In this document: in pieces, positions 47,061-59,651 of the stretch
How the letters are laid out: each line of letters starts with the position of its first letter
Position numbering within the stretch: the first letter of the stretch is position 1
Source of the DNA: an uncultured Caldisericota bacterium
GTDB lineage: Bacteria > Caldisericota > Caldisericia > UBA6126
Direction of reading: 5' to 3'
Length of the DNA: 64,000 nt
Assembly (NCBI GenBank): GCA_964422555.1
Contig: CAYRBR010000001.1
Coordinates: 3,352-67,351, forward strand
The notes under the pieces: model-generated
What the model saw: only the letters and a program-made list of their open reading frames with translations
Database searches by the model: none
What the model was told of the DNA's origin: nothing
Program-made: the position numbers and the translations under genes

Positions 47061-48358
47061 CAGATTTACAGAAAAAAGGAATTCTTCATATATTTGAGTG
47101 GAATCAGGAAGGTTTTATTTTTGATTCCACATCAAATTCTGTATTTTCATGTTCGTTGCAGGATATTAAAGAAATTTCAGGTGGATTCGTTTCACTAGAA
47201 CTTGTAAATGAGATCAAGGAACTGCAAAACGAAGGTTATTTTCTGGAAGAAGCCAATTTGCAGTTTGAAGATAGACGAATCTGTAAGTCCCTTTGTTTAA
47301 TGATTACAAGAGACTGTAATTTTAGATGTCCCTATTGTTTTGAGAAAGGGAAATCTTCTTTGTCAAAACAAAAAATGGATAAAAAAACAGCAAAAAAAGC
47401 ACTTGAATTTTTAGTTGAAACAAGTGGAAGCCGAAAATACCTTGAGTGTGATTTTTTTGGTGGAGAACCGTTGCTGTATTGGGACATAGTTCAGTATGTT
47501 ATTGAAGAATCTGCCAAACTGGCAGAGCAGACTGGAAAGAAATTTCGGTTTTCATTAACAACCAATGCTTCTTTGCTAACCCCCCCTATGGTTCAGTATT
47601 TATGGGATCATAATATAAGCCTGATACTAAGTCAGGATGGATTACCCCAAAACCACAATCGATTTCGTATTAAAGAAGGGGGAGCTGGTACATATAACGA
47701 AGTAATGAAAGCAATTCAGCTGGTTACTGACAACTGGGACGAAGGTTATTATGTACGAGGAACCTATACAAAAGAAAATCTCCAATTTTCAGATGATGTA
47801 AAGCATTTGTACGGTAAAGGAATTAAAAAGATATCATTTGAACCTGTTGTTTCAGATAATCCCAAAATAGGCTTTACTGAGAATGATATCCCATTTCTCC
47901 GAGTGGAATATCAGAAATTCACCGAGTGGTATCTAGATACTTTGTCAAAAGACCCATCTTTTTCTTTCTATCATTTTGAAGTGGATTTGAAGCAAGGGGC
48001 CTGCAAAGAAAAGCTAATGACAAGTTGTGGTGCAGGAGTAGAATATGCATCTGTTTCTCCCGAGGGAGATCTATACCCATGTCATCAGTTTGATGGAGTG
48101 AAAGAATATAAGCTTGGATCTATCTGGGATGGATTCACAAATAAAGCTATTCAGGATACGTTTAGAAATGCAACCAACTTACTTTCAAAAGAAGAATGTC
48201 GAACCTGTTGGGCAAGATATATATGTGGTGGAGGATGTTCTGCAAATAATCTGCGCATGAACAACCAACTAACATCTTCATGGGAAATTGGATGCAAAAT
48301 ACAGAAAGCAAGAATAGAAGCAGCACTTTACGTGCAAGCAAAAAAAGGCTGTAAATAA
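47048..48358 (+). CDS. Radical SAM / SPASM-domain peptide maturase (SCIFF thioether-forming maturase)
   Basis: CNFRCPYC (CxxxCxxC) cluster. The C-terminal SPASM Cys motifs are CGAG...C and CRTCWARYICGGGC. The start was set at the ATG at 47048 (MDLVTDL); the track's TTG at 46997 lies inside the precursor ORF. Confidence 0.8.
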   Translation: MDLVTDLQKKGILHIFEWNQEGFIFDSTSNSVFSCSLQDIKEISGGFVSLELVNEIKELQNEGYFLEEANLQFEDRRICKSLCLMITRDCNFRCPYCFEKGKSSLSKQKMDKKTAKKALEFLVETSGSRKYLECDFFGGEPLLYWDIVQYVIEESAKLAEQTGKKFRFSLTTNASLLTPPMVQYLWDHNISLILSQDGLPQNHNRFRIKEGGAGTYNEVMKAIQLVTDNWDEGYYVRGTYTKENLQFSDDVKHLYGKGIKKISFEPVVSDNPKIGFTENDIPFLRVEYQKFTEWYLDTLSKDPSFSFYHFEVDLKQGACKEKLMTSCGAGVEYASVSPEGDLYPCHQFDGVKEYKLGSIWDGFTNKAIQDTFRNATNLLSKEECRTCWARYICGGGCSANNLRMNNQLTSSWEIGCKIQKARIEAALYVQAKKGCK

Positions 48359-48370
48359 AAGTTTACAGCC
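48347..48370 (-). terminator. Hairpin with U-tract on the minus strand overlapping the convergent stop codons (purD terminator)
   Basis: A 9-bp stem (GGCTGTAAA / TTTACAGCC) with a 6-nt loop. An A7 run on plus (48340-48346) gives a T7 run after the hairpin on minus. Confidence 0.5.
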
Positions 48371-49643
48371 CTATATCTGTTCGGATTGTCTTTCCCTCGA
48401 AATCAATCGCATCTGCATATTCATATGCTTTTTTTCTAGATTCTTCCTGGGATGAACCTAGGGCCACAATATTTAAAACGCGACCACCTGAGGTAACGTA
48501 TTGATTATCAATCTTCCTTGTTCCAGCGTGGAAACAAAGGCAATCTGTTGTGGTTTTTAGAGTGTTCAAGCCTGTGATCTCTTTCCCTTTTTCGTATGCA
48601 ACGGGGTATCCTTCTGATGTTAAAACAACACAAGTTGCATGAACATTATCTTCCCATTCAAGCTGAAAATCGGTAGGAAGCTTTTCGTGTTTAGCAATGT
48701 GAAGCATTGCAGGTAATAAATCTGTTTTCAGCAAGGGCATCACAACCTGGGATTCCGGATCGCCAAATCGTGCATTTATCTCTAATACATAGGGATTATT
48801 CATTGTATCAATCATTAATCCAATGAACATAATTCCAGTGTATGGATTATTTTCCGAATGCAAGGCATGCATAAGGGGTTTAATTACCTGGGAGTGGATA
48901 TTTTGCTGAATGATTGGAGTAACCCACGGTGCTGGGGCAATATTCCCCATACCACCCGTATTGGGTCCTGTGTTCCCGTCATATGCCTTTTTATAATCCT
49001 GAGAAGGAAGTAGGTCGAAATATTGATCGTTGTTGACCAAAATCTGAAACGAAAGTTCTCTTCCTTCTAAAAAATCTTCAATAACGATTTTTTCTCCAGC
49101 TTGTTGGAATTTCTTGTGTTCCATCATTTCCAGAATGGAAGAAATCACTTCTTGTTTATTATTGGCAATTACAACACCCTTTCCCTGGGCAAGTCCATCC
49201 GCTTTTATAACACACGGAAATGTTTCAATAGACTCAGAGTAGTATAAAGCATCGTCTTTGTTAAAGAAGGTGTGATAACCAGCGGTAGGAATATTGTATT
49301 TGGACAGTAGATTCTTTGTGTAAATTTTTGATCCTTCAAGCATTGCTGCGTGTTTTGAGGGTCCAAAAACTAAAATGTCTGTATCAGCAAAGAAATCTTT
49401 AATTCCATTTACTAGGGGTAATTCTTTTCCTACAGCTATTAGGTGAATATTATTTTTCTTACAAAATGTCTCAATTGCTGGAAAATCTAAAATATCAGGT
49501 TCATTGGCTATAGTTGCTAATTCAGATATTCCTGCATTACCAGGAAGGCAAAATAGATTTCCCAATAAAGGGCTTTGTGAAAGTTTCCAACACAATGCAT
49601 GCTCTCTTCCTCCACTTCCAAGTACTAATACATTGTATTTCAT
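48363..49643 (-). CDS. purD: Phosphoribosylamine--glycine ligase
   Basis: VLVLGSGGREHAL N-terminus and an ATP-grasp domain. The start was set at MKYNVLV, which has AGAGGA upstream. Confidence 0.9.
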   Translation of the reverse strand: MKYNVLVLGSGGREHALCWKLSQSPLLGNLFCLPGNAGISELATIANEPDILDFPAIETFCKKNNIHLIAVGKELPLVNGIKDFFADTDILVFGPSKHAAMLEGSKIYTKNLLSKYNIPTAGYHTFFNKDDALYYSESIETFPCVIKADGLAQGKGVVIANNKQEVISSILEMMEHKKFQQAGEKIVIEDFLEGRELSFQILVNNDQYFDLLPSQDYKKAYDGNTGPNTGGMGNIAPAPWVTPIIQQNIHSQVIKPLMHALHSENNPYTGIMFIGLMIDTMNNPYVLEINARFGDPESQVVMPLLKTDLLPAMLHIAKHEKLPTDFQLEWEDNVHATCVVLTSEGYPVAYEKGKEITGLNTLKTTTDCLCFHAGTRKIDNQYVTSGGRVLNIVALGSSQEESRKKAYEYADAIDFEGKTIRTDIGL

Positions 49644-49681
49644 TGCATCCTCTTTTCTGGAGATATTTTTCATTTTTATAC

Positions 49682-51223
49682 CTAATGTAAAAAGTGTCTT
49701 TGACCTGTGAAAACTAGTGTAATTCCAAATTTCTCTGCAGCTTCTATAACCTCTCTGTCATGGATAGAGCCACCCGGTTCAACAATAATCTTTATTCCAT
49801 ATTCTGCTGCGACTTCAATTGAATCAGCAAAAGGGAAAAATGCATCAGAACAGAGAATGGAACCAGATACATTCTCGGAAAATCTTTCTCTTGCATGAGA
49901 AAGAGATATTCGAACACTATCAACTCGATTTGGTTGACCTCCGCCAATACCAAGAGTTTGATTTTCTTTACAAACTAAAATTGCATTTGATTTCACATAT
50001 TTCAATGACGTAAGCCCAAATACAATTTGTTTTTTTAATTCGTCGGTTAATGGTTCACCAGATACAACTTCCATTTTGTTGAAAATTTCTCTGTCTTTAT
50101 CTTGCATTAAGAAACCATTTCCAGCATCTCGAAGATGCCAGCTTAAAGAAGATTTACTTGTACGTTCTAAAAGACGAACATTTTTCTTTTTTGTAAGAAG
50201 TGCTAAAGCTTCTTTGGAAAATGAAGGTGCACAAACTACATCAACAAAAATGGAATGAATGTGAGAAGCAATTTTTTCGGTGATTTCCTGATTGAATAGA
50301 TAAACGCCTCCAAAGGCAGATATGGGGTCACATGCATAGGCTTTTTCGTATGCGTCTTCTATAGAATTTGATGTGGCTACTCCACAAGGACTTGTGTGTT
50401 TTAGAATAACGCACGAGGGTGAATCACCTAATTCATCTAAAAGATCAAGACCCTGCGAAGCATCTAGAAAGTTGTTGTACGATAATTCTTTCCCATGAAG
50501 TTGAGAACAACCTAAGGGACGTTGTGTTGGATGTAGGTATTCATTTGAATTCAAAATGGGAAGGTTAAAATTTGCTTTTTGGTGTGGGTTTTCTCCATAT
50601 CGTAATTGCATTCTTTTCTGCAAGTACAAAGAAGAAATACTCTTGTTGGAAAAAGAAGAAGCAATGGCAGCGTCATACATGCTGGTATGCAAGAAAGCCG
50701 TTATCATATATTCTTCTGATAGAGATACAGGAACCGATCCATTGTTTTTTGTTAGAGATGCAATCACTTCATCGTATTGTTCGGGGTGGCAAAGTGTAAT
50801 TGATTCCAGATAATTTTTTGCAGAAGCTCGAAGTAGGGAATTGCCACCAATATCGATTAAATCCAATTTGTCTTCAGCAGAAGAATCAGTCTTGTGTTCA
50901 TGGAATGGGTAAAGGTTTACGCAAACAAGTTGGAACTTCACGATATCCTGCGATTGTAATTCTTCCTTTTCAGACGATACGCGATCTCTACCCAGAATTC
51001 CCCCAAATACCTTTGGGTGTAGAGTTTTAACCCGACCGTGAATGAACTCTGAAAAGCCTGTGTAATCTTCAATTTTGTGACAAGGGAAACCCTCCCTAAC
51101 GATTGTTTTATAGGTGGTGTTGGTGGCATATAATACAACATTGTTTTCGTGTAAGGCTTTTACCAGAGGAATCAAATTACGTTTATCGGAAACGGAAATA
51201 AGTGCATTTTTAACATGTATCAT
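49682..51223 (-). CDS. purH: Bifunctional AICAR transformylase / IMP cyclohydrolase. The start is ambiguous: ATG at 51223 with AGGAGG upstream, or the track's ATG at 51256.
   Basis: MGS-like domain (ALISVSDK) and an AICARFT domain. Confidence 0.9.
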   Translation of the reverse strand: MIHVKNALISVSDKRNLIPLVKALHENNVVLYATNTTYKTIVREGFPCHKIEDYTGFSEFIHGRVKTLHPKVFGGILGRDRVSSEKEELQSQDIVKFQLVCVNLYPFHEHKTDSSAEDKLDLIDIGGNSLLRASAKNYLESITLCHPEQYDEVIASLTKNNGSVPVSLSEEYMITAFLHTSMYDAAIASSFSNKSISSLYLQKRMQLRYGENPHQKANFNLPILNSNEYLHPTQRPLGCSQLHGKELSYNNFLDASQGLDLLDELGDSPSCVILKHTSPCGVATSNSIEDAYEKAYACDPISAFGGVYLFNQEITEKIASHIHSIFVDVVCAPSFSKEALALLTKKKNVRLLERTSKSSLSWHLRDAGNGFLMQDKDREIFNKMEVVSGEPLTDELKKQIVFGLTSLKYVKSNAILVCKENQTLGIGGGQPNRVDSVRISLSHARERFSENVSGSILCSDAFFPFADSIEVAAEYGIKIIVEPGGSIHDREVIEAAEKFGITLVFTGQRHFLH

Positions 51224-51830
51224 GATGGACAAAAACCCTCCTGCCAATAATTTCATATGAATCTGTTAAAACAATCTGTAATGCTTCGGGTAACAAAATG
51301 TGTTCCCTGTCTAATATTCTAAGAGAAAGTGATTCTTCTGAATCATCATCAAAAATGGGAATGATTTCCTGTGCAATAATTGGACCAGCATCTACGTTGT
51401 TGGTTACAAAATGAACCGTACAACCTGCAAACTTTGATCCATATTCAAGAGCTCTTTTCTGAGAATGAAGACCAGGAAAAGATGGAAGTAAAGATGGATG
51501 GATGTTTAATATGGGACCAGCAAAAGTATCGACAAAATAAGAAGATAAGATTTTCATAAACCCAGCTAAAACAATAATATCAATAGAATATTGCTTGGTT
51601 AAATCTAAAATTTTCTCCTCGAATTCTTGTCGAGTTGCAAAATCACGATGATTAACAACCAATGTTTTAATGCCGTTGTCTTGGGCAATTTGTAACCCTT
51701 TTGCATCATGTCTGTTTGACAAGACAAAAGGGATGTTGCAACGGATTGCTCCAATATCACGTTTTTTTAAAATTGCTTCAAGGTTACTTCCTCTTCCGGA
51801 AATAAAAACCGCTACATTTTTCATTTTCAT
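51210..51830 (-). CDS. purN: Phosphoribosylglycinamide formyltransferase
   Basis: Motifs NVAVFISGRGSNLEAI, HPSLLP and D in the conserved formyltransferase context. GAGGA RBS before the ATG at 51830. Confidence 0.88.
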   Translation of the reverse strand: MKMKNVAVFISGRGSNLEAILKKRDIGAIRCNIPFVLSNRHDAKGLQIAQDNGIKTLVVNHRDFATRQEFEEKILDLTKQYSIDIIVLAGFMKILSSYFVDTFAGPILNIHPSLLPSFPGLHSQKRALEYGSKFAGCTVHFVTNNVDAGPIIAQEIIPIFDDDSEESLSLRILDREHILLPEALQIVLTDSYEIIGRRVFVHHDTC

Positions 51831-51837
51831 CGTGTCC

Positions 51838-53979
51838 TCATTCAAAGTGTTTTTTCAAAGCGGAATTATACAACGCTCTAAAAGTTTCTAATGGGATAGA
51901 ACAAACATCTTCAATAACCATACTATCTGCAATTGTTTTTCCAATAATTTCTAAAGGAAGATCTTGTAGTTCTTTTTGAATTGACTCCAGTTGACTGCTT
52001 TCAAAAGTAATCAAGTATCGACTATTTGATTCGCTAAGTAAATAGGAAATGGGGGTAAAGGATGAAAACAACCGATTAATATGAAGACCAATATTGTTGT
52101 GGAGCATACTTTTTAGTATTGCATACCAAAGTCCACCCCTATCTACGCTCATACAGCTTGAGAATAGTTGTTTGTGTAGACAGTTTCTAACAATATCTTG
52201 CGTTTTCTTTTCTAACTGCATATCAATTGCTGGGATAGAATCAGTTTTGATATATTCTCTACCTGTTTTCCCTACCACGGCACATATTAAGTTTGTTTCA
52301 GGAAAGGCAAGGTTTGGTTTGGACGAAATTTTTCCTGTTCCAACCATTCCAATAACTGGTGTAGGGTATATACGTTTCTGTTCTCCTTCATTGTAGAAAC
52401 TAACATTTCCTGAAACAACTGGGGATTTCAGAACAGATAAAGAGTCATTCATTCCTTGAATGGTTTCAGAAAACTCCCACATGGTATGTTCCTGGGTTGG
52501 ATCTCCAAAGTTCAGGCAGTTTGTAATAGCCGAGGGAACTAGACCCAAGGAGGTGATTCTTCTGGCTGCAATTGCACAAACAGTTTTGGCTCCAAGATAA
52601 GGGTGAATTGAACAGAGTTCTCCTCTACTTGTAAGAGTAACACCAATGCATTGATCTGTTCCATGTACCTGTAAACAGCTTGGACCTAATCCTGGTTTCA
52701 CAATAGTGCTTGCATATAACGTAGAATCGTATTGGTCGTGTATCCAACTTTTTGAAGCATAAGAAGGAGAGCTAGCAAGTTCTAACAAAACAGATTCAGT
52801 ATCTTCTGTGGGAACAGCATCGGGTTGGAATGTAATTTTGGTTTTAATGGAAGGATCTCGAACTGGTTGGGTAGTGTTTTTAGGAGGATCCAATAGCAAC
52901 TGAACGGGAACATCGCAATGGCAAGTATCACCAGAGTAGATTTGAATCGATCCAGTTTCAGTAATAGTGCCTATTTCTGCATAATCAAGTTCCCATTTGT
53001 CTAAAATTTCTTTTATTCTTTTTTCTTTTCCTTCTTTGGCAATAAGCAGCATTCTTTCCTGTGATTCGGAGAGCATAATTTCAATGGGAGTAATTCCTTC
53101 TTCCCGAAGGGGTACTTTTTCTAAGTCGATGCGAATTCCAAGTTCTCCTTTTCCAGCCATTTCAACAGATGAGCTTGTAATTCCTGCGGCTCCCATGTCC
53201 TGAATAGCTTCCACCAAGTCTTCTTCAATAATTTGTAAGGTGGCTTCAATGAGAAGTTTTTCTAAGAATGGATCTCCTACCTGAACACTACCTCTACGCT
53301 GTTTCCTATCTTCATCGAGTACACCAGATGCAAAGGATGCTCCATGAAGTCCATCTCTACCTGTTTTTGCTCCAAGATATATTACTTTTCCTCCCGGAGT
53401 TTTAGCTATACTCTTGCGAAGAGAATTTTTGTCTAAAATCCCAAGAACCATCGCATTTACTAGGGGGTTTTCATCGTAACACTCAGCAAAATGCGTTTCC
53501 CCTCCTATGGTGGGTACTCCTACACAGTTACCATAAAAGGAAATACCTTCTACAACACCGTTTAGCAGGTATCGAGAACGAGAATTAAAAGGAGGTTCAA
53601 AGTGAAGTGAATCAAGTCCTGCCAGAGGACGGGCTCCCATTGTAAAAATGTCCCGAATAATACCACCTACTCCTGTTGCAGCACCTTGAAAAGGTTCGAC
53701 AGCGGAGGGATGATTGTGACTTTCTACTTTAAAAGTAATGTAAGTATCATCGGTCAATTTAATTACTCCCGCGTTTTCTCCTGGTCCTTGAATAACTTGT
53801 TCACCTTCTGTAAACAATTGAGATAAATACTTGGAGCTACTTCTATAACTACAATGTTCACTCCACATAGCAGAGAACAAACCTAATTCAACAATCTGGG
53901 GTTCTCGATTTAGCCGTCTAAGAATTTCTTCATAATCAGCTTGACCCAGATTTAATTCTTTGAGTACTTGTTGATTCAT
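51838..53979 (-). CDS. purL: Phosphoribosylformylglycinamidine synthase II (large subunit)
   Basis: 713 aa with duplicated AIR-synthase-related domains in the PurL family. Confidence 0.9.
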   Translation of the reverse strand: MNQQVLKELNLGQADYEEILRRLNREPQIVELGLFSAMWSEHCSYRSSSKYLSQLFTEGEQVIQGPGENAGVIKLTDDTYITFKVESHNHPSAVEPFQGAATGVGGIIRDIFTMGARPLAGLDSLHFEPPFNSRSRYLLNGVVEGISFYGNCVGVPTIGGETHFAECYDENPLVNAMVLGILDKNSLRKSIAKTPGGKVIYLGAKTGRDGLHGASFASGVLDEDRKQRRGSVQVGDPFLEKLLIEATLQIIEEDLVEAIQDMGAAGITSSSVEMAGKGELGIRIDLEKVPLREEGITPIEIMLSESQERMLLIAKEGKEKRIKEILDKWELDYAEIGTITETGSIQIYSGDTCHCDVPVQLLLDPPKNTTQPVRDPSIKTKITFQPDAVPTEDTESVLLELASSPSYASKSWIHDQYDSTLYASTIVKPGLGPSCLQVHGTDQCIGVTLTSRGELCSIHPYLGAKTVCAIAARRITSLGLVPSAITNCLNFGDPTQEHTMWEFSETIQGMNDSLSVLKSPVVSGNVSFYNEGEQKRIYPTPVIGMVGTGKISSKPNLAFPETNLICAVVGKTGREYIKTDSIPAIDMQLEKKTQDIVRNCLHKQLFSSCMSVDRGGLWYAILKSMLHNNIGLHINRLFSSFTPISYLLSESNSRYLITFESSQLESIQKELQDLPLEIIGKTIADSMVIEDVCSIPLETFRALYNSALKKHFE

Positions 53980-54647
53980 TTGCTTTCCTCCAGATATGTT
54001 CGAAGAGACTGGAACAATATAGATCCATCTTTACTGGATGTCCAATCGGATACAGCTCTTTCTGGATGAGGCATCATACCAAGTACATTTTTATCTTTAT
54101 TTGTGATTCCTGCGATATCTTCAATGGATCCATTCGGGTTATCAGAATATGTAAATACAATCTGATTGTGAGTACGGATATCAGCAAGTGTTTGAGAATC
54201 AACCTGGTAGTTCCCATCTTTGTGGGCAATAGGGAAATGGACAGTCTGGTGGGAAACATATTTGTTTGTAAATGGAGTTTTGGTGGATTGGACAATCAAA
54301 GGACAGTCTTTTGAAATAAATCGAGTTGAATTGTTTCGAAGTAATGTGCCAGGGAGTAAACCTGTTTCCGTTAAAATCTGAAATCCATTGCAGATTCCAA
54401 TAACGGGTCCTCCATTTTCAGCGAAGCGTTTAACGGTTTGCATAACGGAAGAATGGGAAGCAATAGCTCCAGGACGCAAATAATCTCCATAGGAAAAACC
54501 ACCAGGTAATAGAACAGCATCTACTTCTATGCTTGTTTCTTTATGCCATAGTGGAATCGCATTGCAGTTCATTACGTCTCTAACTGCCAGTAACGCATCG
54601 CGATCGCAATTGGATCCCGGAAAAATAACAACTCCAACCGTTAACAT
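53976..54647 (-). CDS. purQ: Phosphoribosylformylglycinamidine synthase I (glutamine amidotransferase)
   Basis: Class I GATase (GICNGFQ, H/E). Overlaps purL (ATGA). Confidence 0.9.
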   Translation of the reverse strand: MLTVGVVIFPGSNCDRDALLAVRDVMNCNAIPLWHKETSIEVDAVLLPGGFSYGDYLRPGAIASHSSVMQTVKRFAENGGPVIGICNGFQILTETGLLPGTLLRNNSTRFISKDCPLIVQSTKTPFTNKYVSHQTVHFPIAHKDGNYQVDSQTLADIRTHNQIVFTYSDNPNGSIEDIAGITNKDKNVLGMMPHPERAVSDWTSSKDGSILFQSLRTYLEESK

Positions 54648-54869
54648 GGTTCAACAGAAATTGTGTATTGTTCAGTTAAAGGATTAAATAACAAATCATT
54701 ACACATCTTTTCGCCCATTTCTTTTGCTTCTTTTTCAGAAGAGGTTTGTACGTGAATAACGATGTGTTTTCCCATGCGAACCTGAGAAACTGTAGAAAAA
54801 CCTAGATTCGTTAAAGCATGCTGTACCGTTTTACCCTGTGGATCTAAAATCCCTTCTTTTGGGTCTACA

Positions 54870-54889
<20 letters not shown>
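54641..54889 (-). CDS. purS: Phosphoribosylformylglycinamidine synthase subunit PurS
   Basis: An 82-aa PurS family protein, overlapping purQ and purB. Confidence 0.85.
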
Positions 54890-57552
<2,663 letters not shown>

Positions 57553-57577
57553 GAATTTTGTTAAAGGATGTAAAATT

Positions 57578-57871
57578 ATGTTAGAAAATGTGAACTGGCT
57601 TGGAATTATTCTTGCACTTTTATATGGTTTTGCTGTCACTTACTTTGGTGGCATATATTTTTTTCGATCTGTTTCGAAAGCAATTCAAAAAGGAAAAATC
57701 AAACCTATGTTTCTATTTTTCTTCTTGGTTGTTGCTGTAATTTTACTCTCTTTACCGGGTTTTTTCCATTTATCCTATTGGCTTACCTCTCTAGTAACAT
57801 CACTTGTTACTACTTTGGTTATGATACTAATTTTTAAAAAACATACTAAAACCAACGGTAAAGGTTCATGA
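57578..57871 (+). CDS. Small hydrophobic protein, putative ATP synthase protein I (AtpI/AtpZ-like)
   Basis: 97 aa with 3 predicted TM segments. It is the first gene of the atp operon, the usual atpI position. Confidence 0.4.
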   Translation: MLENVNWLGIILALLYGFAVTYFGGIYFFRSVSKAIQKGKIKPMFLFFFLVVAVILLSLPGFFHLSYWLTSLVTSLVTTLVMILIFKKHTKTNGKGS

Positions 57872-58587
57872 AAGAATCTTTACAAGAAATAATACAGCAC
57901 TCGATTCGACCCATTTTTAATATTACTGTTGGAGATGTGTCTATCTGTTTTTCTTCAACGCTGGTAGCTTCTTTTGTGGCTGCATTTCTTTTTCTATCCT
58001 TTTTTATTTTTCTAGGGATTGCTGTAAAAAAAGGAAAACCAAAAGGATTTGCTGCTTTAGGTGAAATTATTTTTCTTTCTCTGCGATCGTTTACCAGAAG
58101 TATTATGGGGGAAAAAGGAGATTCTTTTATTCCTTTTATTGGGTCCTTGTTTGGATTCATTCTCTTCTCTAACTTGCTTGGATTGTTCTCTCCACTGGGA
58201 GGACTGGGATTACACTGGATTGTCAGTCCTAATATCGACTTGAGTGTTACGCTAGCGCTAGCATTCACAGGAATACTATATGTTCATGGGGTGTCAATCG
58301 CAAACCGTGGGGTGGGCAAATGGCTCCATCACTTTATCGAACCGTATCCATTTATGCTGCCTATTAACCTTATTGAAGAAGCAGTAAAGCCTATTTCTTT
58401 GTCAGTACGTTTGTTTGGTAATTTATTTGGTGAACACGTTGTATATGAAATAGTATTCTATTTAATAAGCTTTGTTGTTCCTGTCATCTTGGTGTTTTTA
58501 GGGATGTTTACAGGATTTATCCAGGCTTATGTTTTTTCTTTATTAATTCTAATTTACATCAAAGAAACAATGGGTATCCATACCTAG
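57868..58587 (+). CDS. atpB: F-type ATP synthase subunit a
   Basis: Polytopic. The conserved Arg helix is LSVRLFGNLFGEHVV. Confidence 0.9.
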   Translation: MKESLQEIIQHSIRPIFNITVGDVSICFSSTLVASFVAAFLFLSFFIFLGIAVKKGKPKGFAALGEIIFLSLRSFTRSIMGEKGDSFIPFIGSLFGFILFSNLLGLFSPLGGLGLHWIVSPNIDLSVTLALAFTGILYVHGVSIANRGVGKWLHHFIEPYPFMLPINLIEEAVKPISLSVRLFGNLFGEHVVYEIVFYLISFVVPVILVFLGMFTGFIQAYVFSLLILIYIKETMGIHT

Positions 58588-58596
58588 GAGGTATTC

Positions 58597-58869
58597 ATGG
58601 AGAATCCACTTGCCTTTTACTGTATTTCAATTATTTCTGCTGGTATAACCATCGCATTGGCAGTTATTGGTGCTGCTTCTGCACAAGGGAAAGCGGCTGC
58701 TTCTGCATTTGAAGCCATGGCCAGACAACCCGAAGCACAAGGTGGTATCAACAGTTCTCTTATTTTGTCTCTTGCTCTTATTGAATCACTGGCTATCTAT
58801 GCACTGGCAGTATCCTTAATTATTCTTTTTGCCAATCCATTCTTAAGCTATATTACAGTTCTCCCATAG
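58597..58869 (+). CDS. atpE: F-type ATP synthase subunit c
   Basis: A 90-aa hairpin with GxGxGxG-like [10 protein letters not shown] and the carboxylate helix [12 protein letters not shown]. Confidence 0.92.
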   Translation: MENPLAFYCISIISAGITIALAVIGAASAQGKAAASAFEAMARQPEAQGGINSSLILSLALIESLAIYALAVSLIILFANPFLSYITVLP

Positions 58870-58884
58870 TTTAGGGGTAGGTAT

Positions 58885-59649
58885 ATGTTACATTTTGATT
58901 GGGTTACATTTCTAGGTGTGATTACTACATTCGGTATTGTCTTTTTTGTGTTTCTTAAATGGTTCTATAAACCTGTGAAATCGGTTATAGATGATCGGGA
59001 AAATACTATCAAACAAGCACAAGAGAAGCAAGAAGAAGTATTGCAACAAGAGATTGAGAGTCAAAAGCGATGTCAGAAGAGTATTTCTGAAGCTGAAGAA
59101 CAGGCTAGAACGATTATTTCAGGAGCCAATGAGTTATCAGAAGAAATTGTCACAAAAGCAAAAGATGAAGCAAGATCGCAAGCGAAAAATATGATTATGG
59201 CTGCAGAAGACGAAATTAAAGCTACAATGGAATCGTCTAATAAACATCTTAAGCAACAAGCTTTGAAAATGGCAAAAACAATTTCAAATGGAGTCATATC
59301 CTCGGTAGTGAATAATACAATGGATCTTGAATTCATTCTAACTGTAATAAGGGATATTGATCGAACAAAGATTTTGGATAAAACAAATCGGTCTATCACT
59401 TTCGAGCAAGCCGTATCAGAAGCACATAAAACAAATTCACCTATTATTGTATACACAGCTCGAGAAGTCCCATGGGAGATAAAAGAGGAACTTCATAAAA
59501 AAATCTCTCATATCAAACATTCAACACAAATAATCGAATTTGAAGTAAGTGACAGATTGTCCGGTGGATTAATTATCGATTTTGGTTTCAATGAACTAGA
59601 TTTTAGTCTAAATGGACAAATCCAATCCATAATTGAACAGTTGAGTTAA
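58885..59649 (+). CDS. atpF: F-type ATP synthase subunit b fused to a delta (OSCP) C-terminal domain; no separate atpH
   Basis: An N-terminal TM and a roughly 130-aa charged coiled coil (b-like). The C-terminal ~90 aa (PIIVYTAREVPWEIKEELHKKISHIKHSTQIIEFEVSDRLSGGLIIDFGFNELDFSLNGQIQSI) matches the delta C-terminal domain pattern. atpA follows directly. Confidence 0.75.
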   Translation: MLHFDWVTFLGVITTFGIVFFVFLKWFYKPVKSVIDDRENTIKQAQEKQEEVLQQEIESQKRCQKSISEAEEQARTIISGANELSEEIVTKAKDEARSQAKNMIMAAEDEIKATMESSNKHLKQQALKMAKTISNGVISSVVNNTMDLEFILTVIRDIDRTKILDKTNRSITFEQAVSEAHKTNSPIIVYTAREVPWEIKEELHKKISHIKHSTQIIEFEVSDRLSGGLIIDFGFNELDFSLNGQIQSIIEQLS

Positions 59650-59651
59650 GA

